Source: Eledone cirrhosa
Taxonomy: Eukaryota
Assembly (NCBI GenBank): GCA_964016885.1
Contig: OZ024754.1
Location: forward strand, 11,160,001 to 11,224,000
Direction: 5' to 3'
Length of the DNA stretch: 64,000 nucleotides
The first letter of the stretch is position 1. Each line of letters begins with the position of its first letter. Of this stretch, positions 15,351 through 30,505 are shown piece by piece. Position numbers and translations under genes: made by a program. Under the pieces are notes generated by a model. The model was given only the letters and a program-made list of their open reading frames with translations, was not told where the DNA came from and did not search any database.

Positions 15351-15960
15351 GGTGGCTGCCAACTCGTTTTCGAGTACGGCCACTACTTTATATCCATGTA
15401 GGAGAACCCCTACCAATGCGCTGAACGAGTGTGACTTTTTAGTCCAGCCAGCGACTTGAAAACTCTGGTACAAACACTACACTTGTGACAATTATTGACA
15501 CATAGTGCTGGGCCCATGGTACCATGTGACGACAAGTGCAGAGAGATCTCCAGATATAAAGCAATGCCTGTGCCGTGAAGCTTTTATAGTGAGCAAAGGC
15601 ACTGCACAAAGCCAGTCCCACTCTCTTAACCAAGATGATATTTACCAAAAAGAAGAACAAGTCAACATCATTGGATACCATCAGAGTTGCAGGTGTTATA
15701 TCAGAGTTTTCCTTCTCCTAGAATTCTGCCTTGACAAAGGCTAAGGGGTCATCTCTCCCGGTGATTTTGGATGGCCATTGACTCTTAAGAGCTCCTTTGC
15801 CCTTTGACAGGTTTTGTTTTTAGTCCTGCAGGATGTCCAAAGTCACCCTCCTCACCAAGAAACCTTGGTGGGGTTGCCAGTTTAGTCGCCAACGACCCGA
15901 CCATGAGACAGGTTGTACTGGGATACATGTTACCAGTAGCACCAACTAGTGACCTGACAT
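15351..15960 (-). mobile_element. Bipartite non-autonomous RTE-like element, copy 3 (longest)
   Basis: Minus strand: RTE-like 5'UTR, then [26 protein letters not shown] (~15410-15490), stem-loop CTCG-AAAA-CGAG and an (AT)n tail. Confidence 0.82.
15877..15921 (-). ncRNA. Candidate degenerate HDV-like ribozyme in the RTE-like 5'UTR
   Basis: CCAGT...ACTGG (P2), ACC/GGT (P3), T-GG and CTAA (J4/2) in HDV order; P1 5' strand not found. Confidence 0.35.
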
Positions 15961-18900
15961 AAATATATAAGTATATATATACATACATATATACATACAT
16001 ACATATATATATACATACATATATATATACATACATATATATATATACATACATATATATATATATATATACATACATATATATATACATACATACATAT
16101 ACATATATATACATACATACATATACATATACATACATATATATATACATACATACATATATATACACATATATATACACACGTATATATATATATACAC
16201 ACACATATATATATACACACACATATATATATATACACATATATATATATACACATATATATATACATACACATATATATACACATATATATACACACGT
16301 ATATATATATATACACACACATATATATATACACACACATATATATATATACACATATATATATATACACATATATATATATATACACATATATATATAT
16401 ATACACATATATATATATATACACACACATATATATATATATATACACATATATATATATACACATATATATATATACACATATATATATATACACATAT
16501 ATATATATACACATATATATATATACACATATATATATATACACATATATATATATACACACATATATATATATATACACATATATATATATACACACAT
16601 ATATATATATACACACATATATATATATACACACATATATATATATACACACATATATATATATACACATATATATATATATACACATATATATATATAT
16701 ACACATATATATATATACACATATATATATATACACATATATATATATACACATATATATATATACACATATATATATATACACATATATATATATATAC
16801 ACATATATATATATATACACATATATATATATATACACATATATATATATATACACATATATATATATATACACATATATATATACACACATATATATAT
16901 ACACACATATATATATATACACATATATATATATACACATATATATATATATACACATATATATATACACACATATATATATACACACATATATATACAC
17001 ACACATATATATATACACACACATATATATATACACACATATATATATACACACATATATATATACACACATATATATATACACATATATATACACGCAT
17101 ATATATATACACACATATATATACACACATATATATACACACATATATATACACACATATATATATACACATATATATATATACACATATATATATATAC
17201 ACATATATATATATACACATATATATATATACACATATATATATATACACATATATATACATATATACACATATATATATATATACACATATATATACAT
17301 ATATACACATATATATATATATATACACATATATATATATATATACACATATATATATATATATACACATATATATATATATACACATATATATATATAC
17401 ACATATATATATATACACACATATATATATATACACATATATATATATACACATATATATATATACACATATATATATATACACATATATATATATACAC
17501 ATATATATATATACACATATATATATATACACATATATATATATACACATATATATATATACACATATATATATATACACATATATATATATATACACAT
17601 ATATATATATACACATATATATATATATACACATATATATATATACACATATATATATATACACATATATATATACACATATATATATACACATATATAT
17701 ATACACACATATATATATACACACATATATATATATACACATATATATATATACACATATATATATATACACATATATATATACACATATATATATATAC
17801 ACATATATATATATACACATATATATATATACACATATATATATATACACATATATATATATACACATATATATATATACACATATATATATATACACAT
17901 ATATATATATACACATATATATATATACACATATATATATATACACATATATATATATACACACATATATATATATACACATATATATATATACACATAT
18001 ATATATATACACATATATATATATACACATATATATAGTGTATATATATGTGTATATATATATATGTGTATATATATATATGTGTATATATATATATGTG
18101 TATATATATATGTGTATATATATATGTGTATATATATATGTGTATATATATATGTGTATATATATATATGTGTATATATATATATGTGTATATATATATA
18201 TGTGTATATATATATATGTGTATATATATATATGTGTATATATATATATGTGTATATATATATATGTGTATATATATATATGTGTATATATATATATGTG
18301 TATATATATATATGTGTATATATATATATGTGTATATATATATATGTGTATATATATATATACACATATATATATATACACATATATATATATACACATA
18401 TATATATATACACATATATATATATACACATATATATATATACACATATATATATATACACATATATATATATACACATATATATATATACACATATATA
18501 TATATACACATATATATATATACACATATATATATATACACATATATATATATACACATATATATATATACACATATATATATATACACATATATATATA
18601 TACACATATATATATATACACATATATATATACACATATATATATACACATATATATATACACATATATATATACACATATATATATACACATATATATA
18701 TATACACATATATATATATACACATATATATATATACACATATATATATATACACATATATATATATACACATATATATATATACACATATATATATATA
18801 CACATATATATATATACACATATATATATATACACATATATATATACACATATATATATACACATATATATATACACATATATATACACATATATATATA

Positions 18901-21900
18901 CACACATATATATATATACACACATATATATATATACACATATATATATACACATATATATATACACATATATATATATACACATATATATATACACATA
19001 TATATATATACACATATATATATACACATATATATATACACACATATATATATACACACATATATATATACACACATATATATATACACATATATATATA
19101 TACACATATATATATATACACATATATATATATACACATATATATATATACACATATATATATATACACATATATATATACACATATATATATATACACA
19201 CATATATATACACACACACATATATATACACACATATATATATACACACATATATATATACACACATATACACATATATATATACACATATATATATACA
19301 CATATATATATACATATATATATACACACATATATACACACATATATATATACACACATATATATATACACACATATATATATACACACATATATATACA
19401 CACATATATATACACACATATATACACACATATATATACACACATATATACACACATATATATACACACATATATATACACACATATATATACACACATA
19501 TATATACACATATATATATACACATATATATATACACATATATATATATACACATATATATATACACACATATATATATACACACATATATATATACACA
19601 CATATATATATACACATATATATATACACACATATATATACACACACATATATATACACACACATATATATACACATATATATACACACACATATATATA
19701 CACATATATATATATACACATATATATATATACACATATATATATATACACATATATATATACACATATATATATACACATATATATATACACATATATA
19801 TATACACATATATATATACACATATATATATACACATATATATATACACATATATATATACACATATATATATACACATATATATATACACATATATATA
19901 TACACATATATATATACACATATATATATACACATATATATATACACATATATATATACACATATATATATACACATATATATATACACATATATATATA
20001 TACACATATATATATATACACATATATATATACACATATATATATATACACATATATATATATACACATATATATATATACACATATATATATATACACA
20101 TATATATATATACACATATATATATATACACATATATATATACACATATATATATATACACATATATATATACACATATATATATACACATATATATATA
20201 CACATATATATACACACATATATATACACACATATATATACACACATATATACACACACATATATACACATATATACACATATATACACATATATATACA
20301 CATATATATACACATATATATACACATATATATACACATATATATACACATATATATATACACATATATATATACACATATATATATACACATATATATA
20401 TACACATATATATATACACATATATATATACACATATATATATACACATATATATATATACACATATATATATACACATATATATATATACACATATATA
20501 TATATACACATATATATATACACATATATATATACACATATATATATACACATATATATATATACACATATATATATATACACATATATACATACACATA
20601 TATATATATACACATATATATATATACACATATATATATATACACATATATATACACATATATATATACACATATATATATATACACATATATACACATA
20701 TATATATACACATATATATATATACACATATATATATATACACATATATATACACATATATATATACACATATATATATACACATATATATACACATATA
20801 TATACACATATATATACACATATATATATACACATATATATACACATATATATATACACATATATATATACACATATATATATACACATATATATATACA
20901 CATATATATATACACATATATATATACACATATATATATACACATATATATATACACATATATATATATAGACATATATATATATACACATATATATATA
21001 TACACATATATATATATACACATATATATATATACACATATATATATACACATATATATATATACACATATATATATACACATATATATATATACACATA
21101 TATATATACACATATATATATACACATATATATATACACATATATATATACACATATATATATACACATATATATATACACATATATATATACACATATA
21201 TATATACACATATATATATACACATATATACACACATATATATACACACATATATATACACATATATATATATACACACATATATATACACATATATATA
21301 TATACACATATACACATATATATATATACACACATATATATATACACACATATATATACACACATATATATACACACATATATACACACATATATATATA
21401 CACACATATATATATACACACATATATATATACACACATATATATATACACACATATATACACACATATATATATACACACATATATATATACACACATA
21501 TATATATACACACATATATATATACACACATATATATATACACACATATATATATACACACATATATATATACACACATATATATATACACACATATATA
21601 TATACACACATATATATATACACACATATATATATACACATATATATATACACATATATATACACATATATATATATACACATATATATATATACACATA
21701 TATATATATACACATATATATATACACACACATATATACACACACATATATACACACACATATATATACACACATATATATACACACATATATATACACA
21801 TATATATATACACATATATATATACACACATATATATATACACACATATATATATACACACATATATATATACACACATATATATATACACACATATATA

Positions 21901-23401
21901 TATACACACATATATAGATACACACATATATAGATACACACATATATATATCCACATATATATATACACATATATATATACACATATATATATACACACA
22001 TATATATACACACACATATATACACATATATATACACATATATATATACACATATATATATATACACATATATATATATACACATATATATATACACATA
22101 TATATATATACACATATATATATACACATATATATATATACACATATATATATATACACATATATATATATACACACATATATATATATATACACATATA
22201 TATATATACACATATATATATATACACATATATATATATACACATATATATATATACACATATATATATATACACATATATATATATACACATATATATA
22301 TATACACATATATATATATACACATATATATATATACACATATATATATATACACATATATATATACACATATATATATATACACATATATATATACACA
22401 TATATATATACACATATATATATACACATATATATATACACATATATATATACACATATATATATACACATATATATATACACATATATATATACACATA
22501 TATAAACACATATATATATACACATATATATACACATATATATATACACATATATATAGACATATATATACACATATATATATAGACATATATATATACA
22601 CATATATATATACACATATATATATACACATATATATATATACACTTATACATACATATATATATACACTTATACATACATATATATACACACTTATACA
22701 TACATATATATACACACTTATACATACATATATATATACACTTATACATACATATATATATACACTTATACATACATATATATATACACTTATACATACA
22801 TATATATATATACACTTATACATACATATATATATACACTTATACATACATATATATATACACTTATACATACATATATATATACACTTATACATACATA
22901 TATATATACACTTATACATACATATATATATACACTTATACATACATATATATATATACACTTATACATACATATATATATATACACTTATACATACATA
23001 TATATATACACTTATACATACATATATATATATACACTTATACATACATATATATATACACTTATACATACATATATATATACACTTATACATACATATA
23101 TATATACACTTATACATACATATATATATACACTTATACATACATATATATATACACTTATACATACATATATATATACACTTATACATACATATATATA
23201 TACACTTATACATACATATATATATACACTTATACATACATATATATATACACTTATACATACATATATATATACACTTATACATACATATATATATACA
23301 CTTATACATACATATATATATACACTTATACATACATATATATATACACTTATACATACATATATATATACACTTATACATACATATATATATATACACT
23401 T

Positions 23402-23444
<43 letters not shown>

Positions 23445-23736
23445 CACACACACATACATAAAGAAATTAAAAGATGGTTAAAAATGTTCCATATATTTTA
23501 TGCGCATTTCGAAAACAACATCATCCTGGGACAAAAATTGTGTTTTCATCAGATAAAATAAGGTAACATATGAGGCCTAAAAACACTTGTCAACAGGAAA
23601 GTGTCCAGTTTAATACATCTTTTAATTTCTTTATATATACTCCAGTTCTACGAACTGTTGAGTGCTACTTATATGATATATGCATAGTTTTATTGTTCTA
23701 CAATATTACTCACCTCCTACATATACATACATACAT

Positions 23737-23773
<37 letters not shown>

Positions 23774-23779
23774 AACATA

Positions 23780-23861
23780 CAAGGTGTCCCAAAAAATGTA
23801 TACACGGTTTTATTAGAATGCTGTTGAAGTATGTATACATTATGGGGGGGGGGACACCCTG
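23780..23861. mobile_element. Small Tc1-like MITE
   Basis: TA|CAAGGTGTCCC...TGTATACA ... TGTATACA...GGGACACCCTG|TA. Confidence 0.65.
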
Positions 23862-23971
23862 TATATATATATATATATATATATATATGAGGTAAACAGA
23901 AATAATAACACAATCGGTACAGTATGTGGAAGGTATATATTAGGTTAACACTTGATATAGCAGGAAGAGGG

Positions 23972-24007
23972 TCTTAACGTTTCGAACACTAGTCCTTCAT
24001 CAGAAGA
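23972..24007 (-). ncRNA. Minimal type-I hammerhead ribozyme motif (Penelope-like element relic)
   Basis: Minus strand TCTT-CTGATGA-A-GGAC-TAGT-GTTC-GAAAC-GTT-AAGA: catalytic core boxes, stem II, stem I TCTT/AAGA, palindromic ACGT stem III. Confidence 0.6.
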
Positions 24008-24081
24008 AAGAATGAGAAATAAAATAGATTGAGAGGACGGGCGGGATCAAATTGCAAACACCAATCCTTGCTAGCAAGGGT

Positions 24082-24125
<44 letters not shown>

Positions 24126-25857
24126 TGTAAGGAGATTTAATTTTAAAATATTTAATTTGAATATATTAATGTCATGTTATCAAACTGTTGGGGAATGCCA
24201 AGCAGGCTTCAGGCAGACATTCGTTTTATAATAGTAACACATATATAAAACATTTAACTAACTTAAGTATCATTTAGATGATATGTTAAAACTAATTATA
24301 GTGCAATTATAATGATGTTAGTCATTGGAAAGTTATAAGGAAACTACTTTCGCGATATATTTAAGAGGGCTACTAAATGCCTATCACAATAGTTTCATTT
24401 ATTTTCGTGCAATCCCTTCCTCAAGCTTATTTCGCCGTAGTGTCTTTTCACCCTGTTGCATTATTAATGTGGAAATAAATACATCATATTTGCTATAGAC
24501 ATCTTGTAGAACAACAAAACCGAGCGATTAGTGAAGAAGAGAGAGACTGTGGATATAAATTAACAGGAAATAAAGGAGTGATTTTGTTTTCGTAATTGTA
24601 ATAAAGAGTTCATACATTTGTTCAAGAGCAGAGATTTGAGGAGGAAAAATTATAGTCGATAAAAATGAACCCCTCCCTACAAAACTTTATTTCAATGACA
24701 ACAAGAATCGAATGGTAAAGTCAACGCCAGCATCATTGAAATATGTGACAGAATTGTTTTAAGGCTTGTTAATTTGAAATAAGGAATTACTACAGTGGCA
24801 GAAAATCAGATATTTACGGAATATAAACAGATATAGTCAATCAAATCAACACCAGCAAACTTGGTATCTTATCGAAAAAACAATATATATATATAGATAT
24901 ATATAGATATATACCTGAATAATTTGAATATAGAATGTAAAAGAAGGAAATTAAAATACTGTAATGTTATTTAATCTAATGTTTTGTCGTTTCTTTTTAA
25001 TATATTCTACAGTCCTAATAGCCATTTGAAAACAACTGTATAGACATTGTGTTAAGTTTGCTTTACATCCGGTAATTTAACATAGCAACTAGGACATTGT
25101 CAGAGCTGAAGGTAATCATGACAAAGTCTGATAAACACTACATGTCTACAACTATCATAAACATATATGACAAATAAAACTCAAAAGTTGATATTGTTTT
25201 TACAAGAAAGAGGTTTCATGTCAAAGTACAAATATAAAGTGAAAACAATATAGTACAGTGAATAGTTTGACAACTAAACAGGAAACCACACATATTAGAA
25301 AATTGAGGATAGAATGAGAAGAATAAGCTACACACCCTCAACCTTCTGTCATTGTTAACGATATAGATATAGTTTTATTAGTGTTCGGTTGACACTCTGT
25401 AAGTAATGGAAAAGGTTAAATTGTTGTTCCGCTCAACAAGACAACAAACTATGTCAACTAATTGTGTGTGTATGTGTCACTTTTTACTTTCGATAAAAAA
25501 TCAAAATGCCTTTCCTTTCACACATGATATGCAACATGCCAACTTAAATTCTGGATTAAATATTCCAATAAATAAAAGTCCTTATAAATATAAACTTATA
25601 AAGATAGCATTACTTGAAAAAAATGGAAGTATGTGAGGAGATTAAAATGAAAAATGGTCAAATTTCTATTAAGAAATTAATTAGTGACTAATCAACTAAT
25701 CGACCCGAATTAAAATATTTAATGTGATAAATTCTTATCAAACACTCTATACAGTCAAAGAAAATTATGTGTAGTTTGAAATAGTTAAATATATATTGTA
25801 TTCTATCGATCTCTGTCAGAGTTACCAAGTTAAAAATCATATGTAACACCCAGCTGC

Positions 25858-26196
25858 TTTGACCAAGTATATAAATGTATTTTATCTTTGACCAAGTATA
25901 ATTGTATTTTATCTTTGACCAAGTATAATTGTATTTTATCTTTGACCAAGTATAATTGTATTTTATCTTTGACCAAGTATATAAATGTATTTTATCTTTG
26001 ACCAAGTATAATTGTATTTTATCTTTGACCAAGTATATAAATGTATTTTATCTTTGACCAAGTATATAAATGTATTTTATCTTTGACCAAGTATAATTGT
26101 ATTTTATCTTTGACCAAGTATAATTGTATTTTATCTTTGACCAAGTATATAATTGTATTTTATCTTTGACCAAGTATATAATTGTATTTTATCTTT
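25858..26196. repeat. 27/29-bp minisatellite (TTTGACCAAGTATAATTGTATTTTATC)
   Basis: About 12 tandem units. Confidence 0.92.
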
Positions 26197-26923
26197 CATG
26201 GAGAATACAGGTTGTGTGTAGAAAAAAAAAAAAAAAAATCTTCCACGAATTTTCTGAGTCTAGAATTAAGAAATAATATAAGTAATAATAATATAAGTAA
26301 TTCTATTTCTTTGATAAAGTAAGAAGAGGTTTTCGTTGTATGATGTACAGACAACCCGATAAAAAGTTACTATTTATCAATAGAAGACAAACACTGAGAA
26401 TTAAATTAATTACTTACAATATAAGTATAGGTCTCCAAATGAAAACAGCAAATTTTATAAATCCACAATATGATCAGTTGTCTGTGGTATAATGTGTCCC
26501 AGTCGATGGATTGCTTGAGGAAAAATGACGGAGCCGGCCTGATTTACTCAAACGTGTCAAAAGGCTGCTAAGAATCCCCCTTTACTTTTGTATAACGTTT
26601 GAACTATGTACCTGTTTAAAACGTATAAGTATTTCCTCTTTTATATTTGTATATAAATTCCAGGGTGTGGGGTGCTTACAGGAGTTGTTAAGCCTGTGGT
26701 AATTGTTTAGAACATCAATAGACGACACCCACTACGTATAAAACGGTCTGCAGTAGATAATGTTTCTTTCATCGTTCCCAATTTACTTGTCTGGGTTGCA
26801 TGACGGGAACTGTTCTTCAACCAATCACTGAACGTCTTACTTACAAACTTCGGCCAAGTAAACACACATTGCTGTAGATGTGATTAAATTTACCATAGAA
26901 CAGCTAGCATCATATATATATAA

Positions 26924-27196
26924 TAATAATTGTGTTTACTTTTGGCACAAGGCCAGCAATTACATAGTGCCTTACTGGTATTTTATTTTATCGACCCCGT
27001 AGGCACAAGGCCAGTAATTTAGGAAGGAGGGGAAAGTCGATTAAATCGACCTCAGTACGTTACTGGTACTTTATTTGATCGACCTAGTAAGGATGAAAGG
27101 CAAAGTTAACCTCGGTGGGATTTGAACTCAGACCGCAGAGGACCGTAACTCTATCCTGCAAAGCATGGTGTCCGACTCTCTACCGATACTGCCAAT
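26924..27196 (-). mobile_element. Two tandem Nin-domain-like SINE copies
   Basis: TTTATCGACCCCGTAGG and GGATGAAAGGCAAAGTTAACCTCGG, reverse complement of the family body. Confidence 0.8.
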
Positions 27197-27859
27197 GAAA
27201 ATGATTGTGTACAGTGTTCAGGTGCACTGCAACTCATCAAAGGTGCATGTATAGTAGATAGAATAATGTGGAAATGTCAGTACATAGAATAATTGTACTG
27301 TGTCATTTGCTTTATATTTCGAATACAATCATGTGGGCCGTTATCTGATATCGCCCAAATATTTCCTAGCTTTCACACTTATACCAAGCATTCATTCAGT
27401 GCCCTTTGCATTATATTAGATTAAATTACAAGCCATTAATCATAATCAAAATAAATACTTAACATTTTCTCAAACTGGACCCAACGTTAACACATTTCAA
27501 TCTATATTCGGATGTCTTGGGGCATCACAAGAATTTATTTTTGCCGTTTATTATTTCTGTTTCCTGGAAAATGAACGCTTAGTGCAAATCGTAAAAAGAG
27601 GTTGATACCTAGCAATTATTTTTTCTATTAGTATTTCTATTATTTTCAGATACCGCTACTATAAAGCAACCATTTCTATGCAACATTTGAAATGTAACGT
27701 TAATTCTAATACTGACTGCTGAAGAATTCCTAATAATTTTTATTTATTCATTTTTTAAGTTAAACAAAAAAAATACGTGATTTGAGCAAGCCAAATATAT
27801 AACAAAAATCATTACATATCACCTCCACTAGAAGTACCAGTGTTTATACCGGGTGGGAA

Positions 27860-28080
27860 TGCAGTTGGTACATCGATCGTGGGGGGGGGGGGGTACATCG
27901 ATCGTAGGGGGGTGGGGCACAATCAGTAGCTCGATCGGAGGGGGTCAGTTTGTACTTCGATCGGGAGGGGTGGGGGTGCAGTCAGTACATCAATCGTGGA
28001 GGGATACAGTCAATACATCGATCGTGGACGAGGGTGTACTGTCGGTATATCGGTTGTGGGGTGGGGGTGGGGTGGGTGTC
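27860..28080. repeat. G-rich degenerate tandem repeat with TACATCGATCG core
   Basis: About 7 units, each followed by a G-run. Confidence 0.7.
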
Positions 28081-28389
28081 ACTGGGCAGCCCATGAATAT
28101 CTGAGGCCCTTCGTAATAAAATACAAAACCTTTTGAACCCCTTGAACTTCAAGAGGAGTTCCCCCTCTTCCAACCCAAAAGCAGTTTGGTACAACCTAAG
28201 CAATTTCTCTCGGAAGTGACAGAGAGTGCTGTTACACTATGATCTTTGTTTCACACAACTCCATAACCAGTTTCGAAGCAAACTGCCCTGGATTTATGAT
28301 ACAAAACTGATGGTCATTTTAAAATGTTTATTTAGCCATAGATTTTATTTCGGATATTTTTGTTAACTGATGTCCTATATATCAACTTA

Positions 28390-28540
28390 CTGTATTTCCC
28401 GGCCCCTCGAGGACACCCTAATTTTGATAACCAAAAATTTGAAAAAAAATAATAAACAACCTTCAGCCTCCAGGACGCATGGTAGATTTTTTATACTTAT
28501 TTTAGGAAAAAAGTAGTGTCTTTGATGCCAGGAAATACGG
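28390..28540. mobile_element. pogo/Tigger-like MITE
   Basis: TA|CTGTATTTCCCGGC ... GCCAGGAAATACGG|TA. Confidence 0.65.
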
Positions 28541-28817
28541 TAGTTATGGAGCTTCGTTTTCTAGGAAACAGAGCAGTGGCACTGAAGGGGCTTCCGTAGG
28601 GAGAGCATGACCGCAGTGGCTAATACTATTTACAAATCTGGGTTTGGGAATATCTTTAGTTCATGTTTCTTGCCCTCCTTGTGGAAAAAACAACAGTGAA
28701 CTTTGGCACTGATATACCTCACAATGATGATGATGTATTGTTGCTCTAATGCACCATTTCTCAACCTTTTCACCCTTGTGGAACCCTGAAAATAGTTTTC
28801 ATGTCTGAAATAGTTTT

Positions 28818-29187
28818 CACCTTTGGTGTTACGCAGTAATACAGAAGACCCGACTTCCCACGGGTACAAGCCAAAGCTGAAACATATAGACAATATGCCC
28901 CCAAGCCCCTCCTGCTGTAAATTGGTCGAGTAGATGTCACAACAAAAAGCTCCCAGTCCACACTGTAAAGTGGTTGTGTGGGCGCCACAGTGAAAAAGCA
29001 CCCAGTACTCACTGTAAATGAGGTTGGTGTTAGGAAGGGCATCCAGCTGCAGAAACCAAGCCAAAATCAGTCCTCTATGAGCAAGACATGGTCACCTGAC
29101 CTGGCATTGCCCACAACAGGACAACCTGTCTAACCCATGCTAGCGTAGAGACATCGACATAAAACAGTGATGATGATGATGATGATG
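28818..29187 (+). mobile_element. RTE LINE 3' fragment (family of 3461-4750)
   Basis: CAGTAATACAGAAGACCCGACTTCCCA...TGTTAGGAAGGGCATCC...CCATGCTAGC...(GAT)n. Confidence 0.85.
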
Positions 29188-29221
29188 TCTCAGGGAACCC
29201 TTGCATAAATATTATTATATA

Positions 29222-29402
29222 CTGGCAGTATCAGTAGAGGGTTAGATGCCATGCTTTGCAGCAAAGAGTTACAGCCCTTTATGATCTGAGTTCAAATCCT
29301 ACCGAGGTTCACTTTGCCTTTTATCCTTACAGGGTCGATAAAATAAAGTACCAGTAATGTACTGGGGTGATTGCTGGCCTTGTGCCAAAAGTAGAAACAA
29401 TT
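29222..29402 (+). mobile_element. Nin-domain-like tRNA SINE
   Basis: GAGTTCAAATCC B-box, TTTGCCTTTTATCCTTACAGGGTCGATAAAATAAAGTACCAG body. Confidence 0.85.
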
Positions 29403-29540
29403 GTTTCTACTTTTGGCACAATTAATACTATTTAAATGTATTAATTTATTTATCAATGTTTCTTATAAAACCGAACCCCATATGACCTCTTACAGAACCC
29501 TGGGGTCCAGGGTACAATGGTTGAGAATCACTGCTCTAGT

Positions 29541-29770
29541 GTGGTGGATTGGCAGAATCGTTAGAGCATTGGACAAAATGTTTTGTGGCATTCCGTTATG
29601 GCTCTTTACATTCTAAGTTCAAATGCCACCAAAGTCAACTTTTCCATTCATCGTTTTTGAGATCATTAAAATAAAGTACCAGTTAACTACTGGGCTCAAT
29701 ACCATTAATTGACTTTCCCTTCCCTACAAATTGCTGGCCTTGTGCTTAAAGCAGAGATTGTTAATTATTG
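29541..29770 (+). mobile_element. Nin-domain-like tRNA SINE (older copy)
   Basis: GTGGATTGGCAGAATCGTTAGAGC head, diverged body, TTGCTGGCCTTGTGC end. Confidence 0.75.
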
Positions 29771-30505
29771 TTCTAGTGCATTAGTAAGAATACTCATGCT
29801 AGCGTGGCAAAATAGACGTGAAACGGTGGTGGTGGTGGTGGTGGCGTGGCGGCAGTGGTGGTGGTGGTGGTGGCGTGGCGGTGGTGGTGGTGGTGGTGGT
29901 GGTGGTGGTGATGATGATTCAGTTCTGCTGCCAAATTGGTGAAGTGTTAAAACAATTAACTCAGCTCTCTTGCCTTGTGTGGAAGGGGAGATTCGGATGT
30001 TGTTTAGTCCTGGGTCAGCTCTCATTGAGCAGACTTATAATAAAAGCAATTCCAGCCTTGACCATCACCTATGAGGATGATTTTATGCGCCCTTCTCTTT
30101 AAGATTATAGAGTAGTAATTTGATGGTGATTTGGCTGCTATTTCTAACAAATCGAGTGCTGCCTGATTCTTAGATATGTTTGTTTGCCAAACAAATGGCA
30201 GCAAAGAAAAACAGATGTTAAATGATGATGATGGCTTGACTGCTGCCAAAATAAGATGTATAATTCATAGCTTTTGTTATGGCTGTCTCAATATAAATTC
30301 AGTATTGGAATAGTAGAATGGCTGCAACTTGAGATTGAAAACTTCTGATAAAGACTTGACCATGAAGACAGGACTTTGAACAGGTTTGGTAATGTAAATA
30401 ATATTCTGTAAGGGTGGGCTGACAACTTCATAGGTTGGCTATAAAGAAGTGATGCTAGAGCTGTGAAATCTTGCACCTGAGCACTGTACACAATGATTTT
30501 CATTA

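Larger units (their letters stand above)
7361..23460. repeat. ~16-kb compound (TA)n/(CA)n microsatellite field with three embedded retroelements
   Basis: Blocks of (TA)nCACA, TACA and GACA variants; ends in a 24-bp CACTTATACATACATATATATATA minisatellite (~22640-23405). Confidence 0.95.

Noticed and set aside
10016-15960. CRISPR-like or tandem gene-cluster reading of the three repeated units, including the 79-80-aa ORFs
   Set aside because: Units are 460-610 bp with microsatellite between them in a eukaryotic context with no cas genes; RTE termini explain them, and ORF conservation follows from copy similarity.
7345-23455. ORFs of 300-2343 aa ([12 protein letters not shown]-rich)
   Set aside because: Translations of TA/CA microsatellite, open in several frames on both strands; no protein signal.
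23500-23532. Second hammerhead-like motif (similar weak case at ~1925-1965)
   Set aside because: CTGANGA core is broken; not supportable.
26410-26900. Moderately GC-rich unique segment, possible exon(s)
   Set aside because: Stops in the frames examined and no recognisable motif or clear splice pair.
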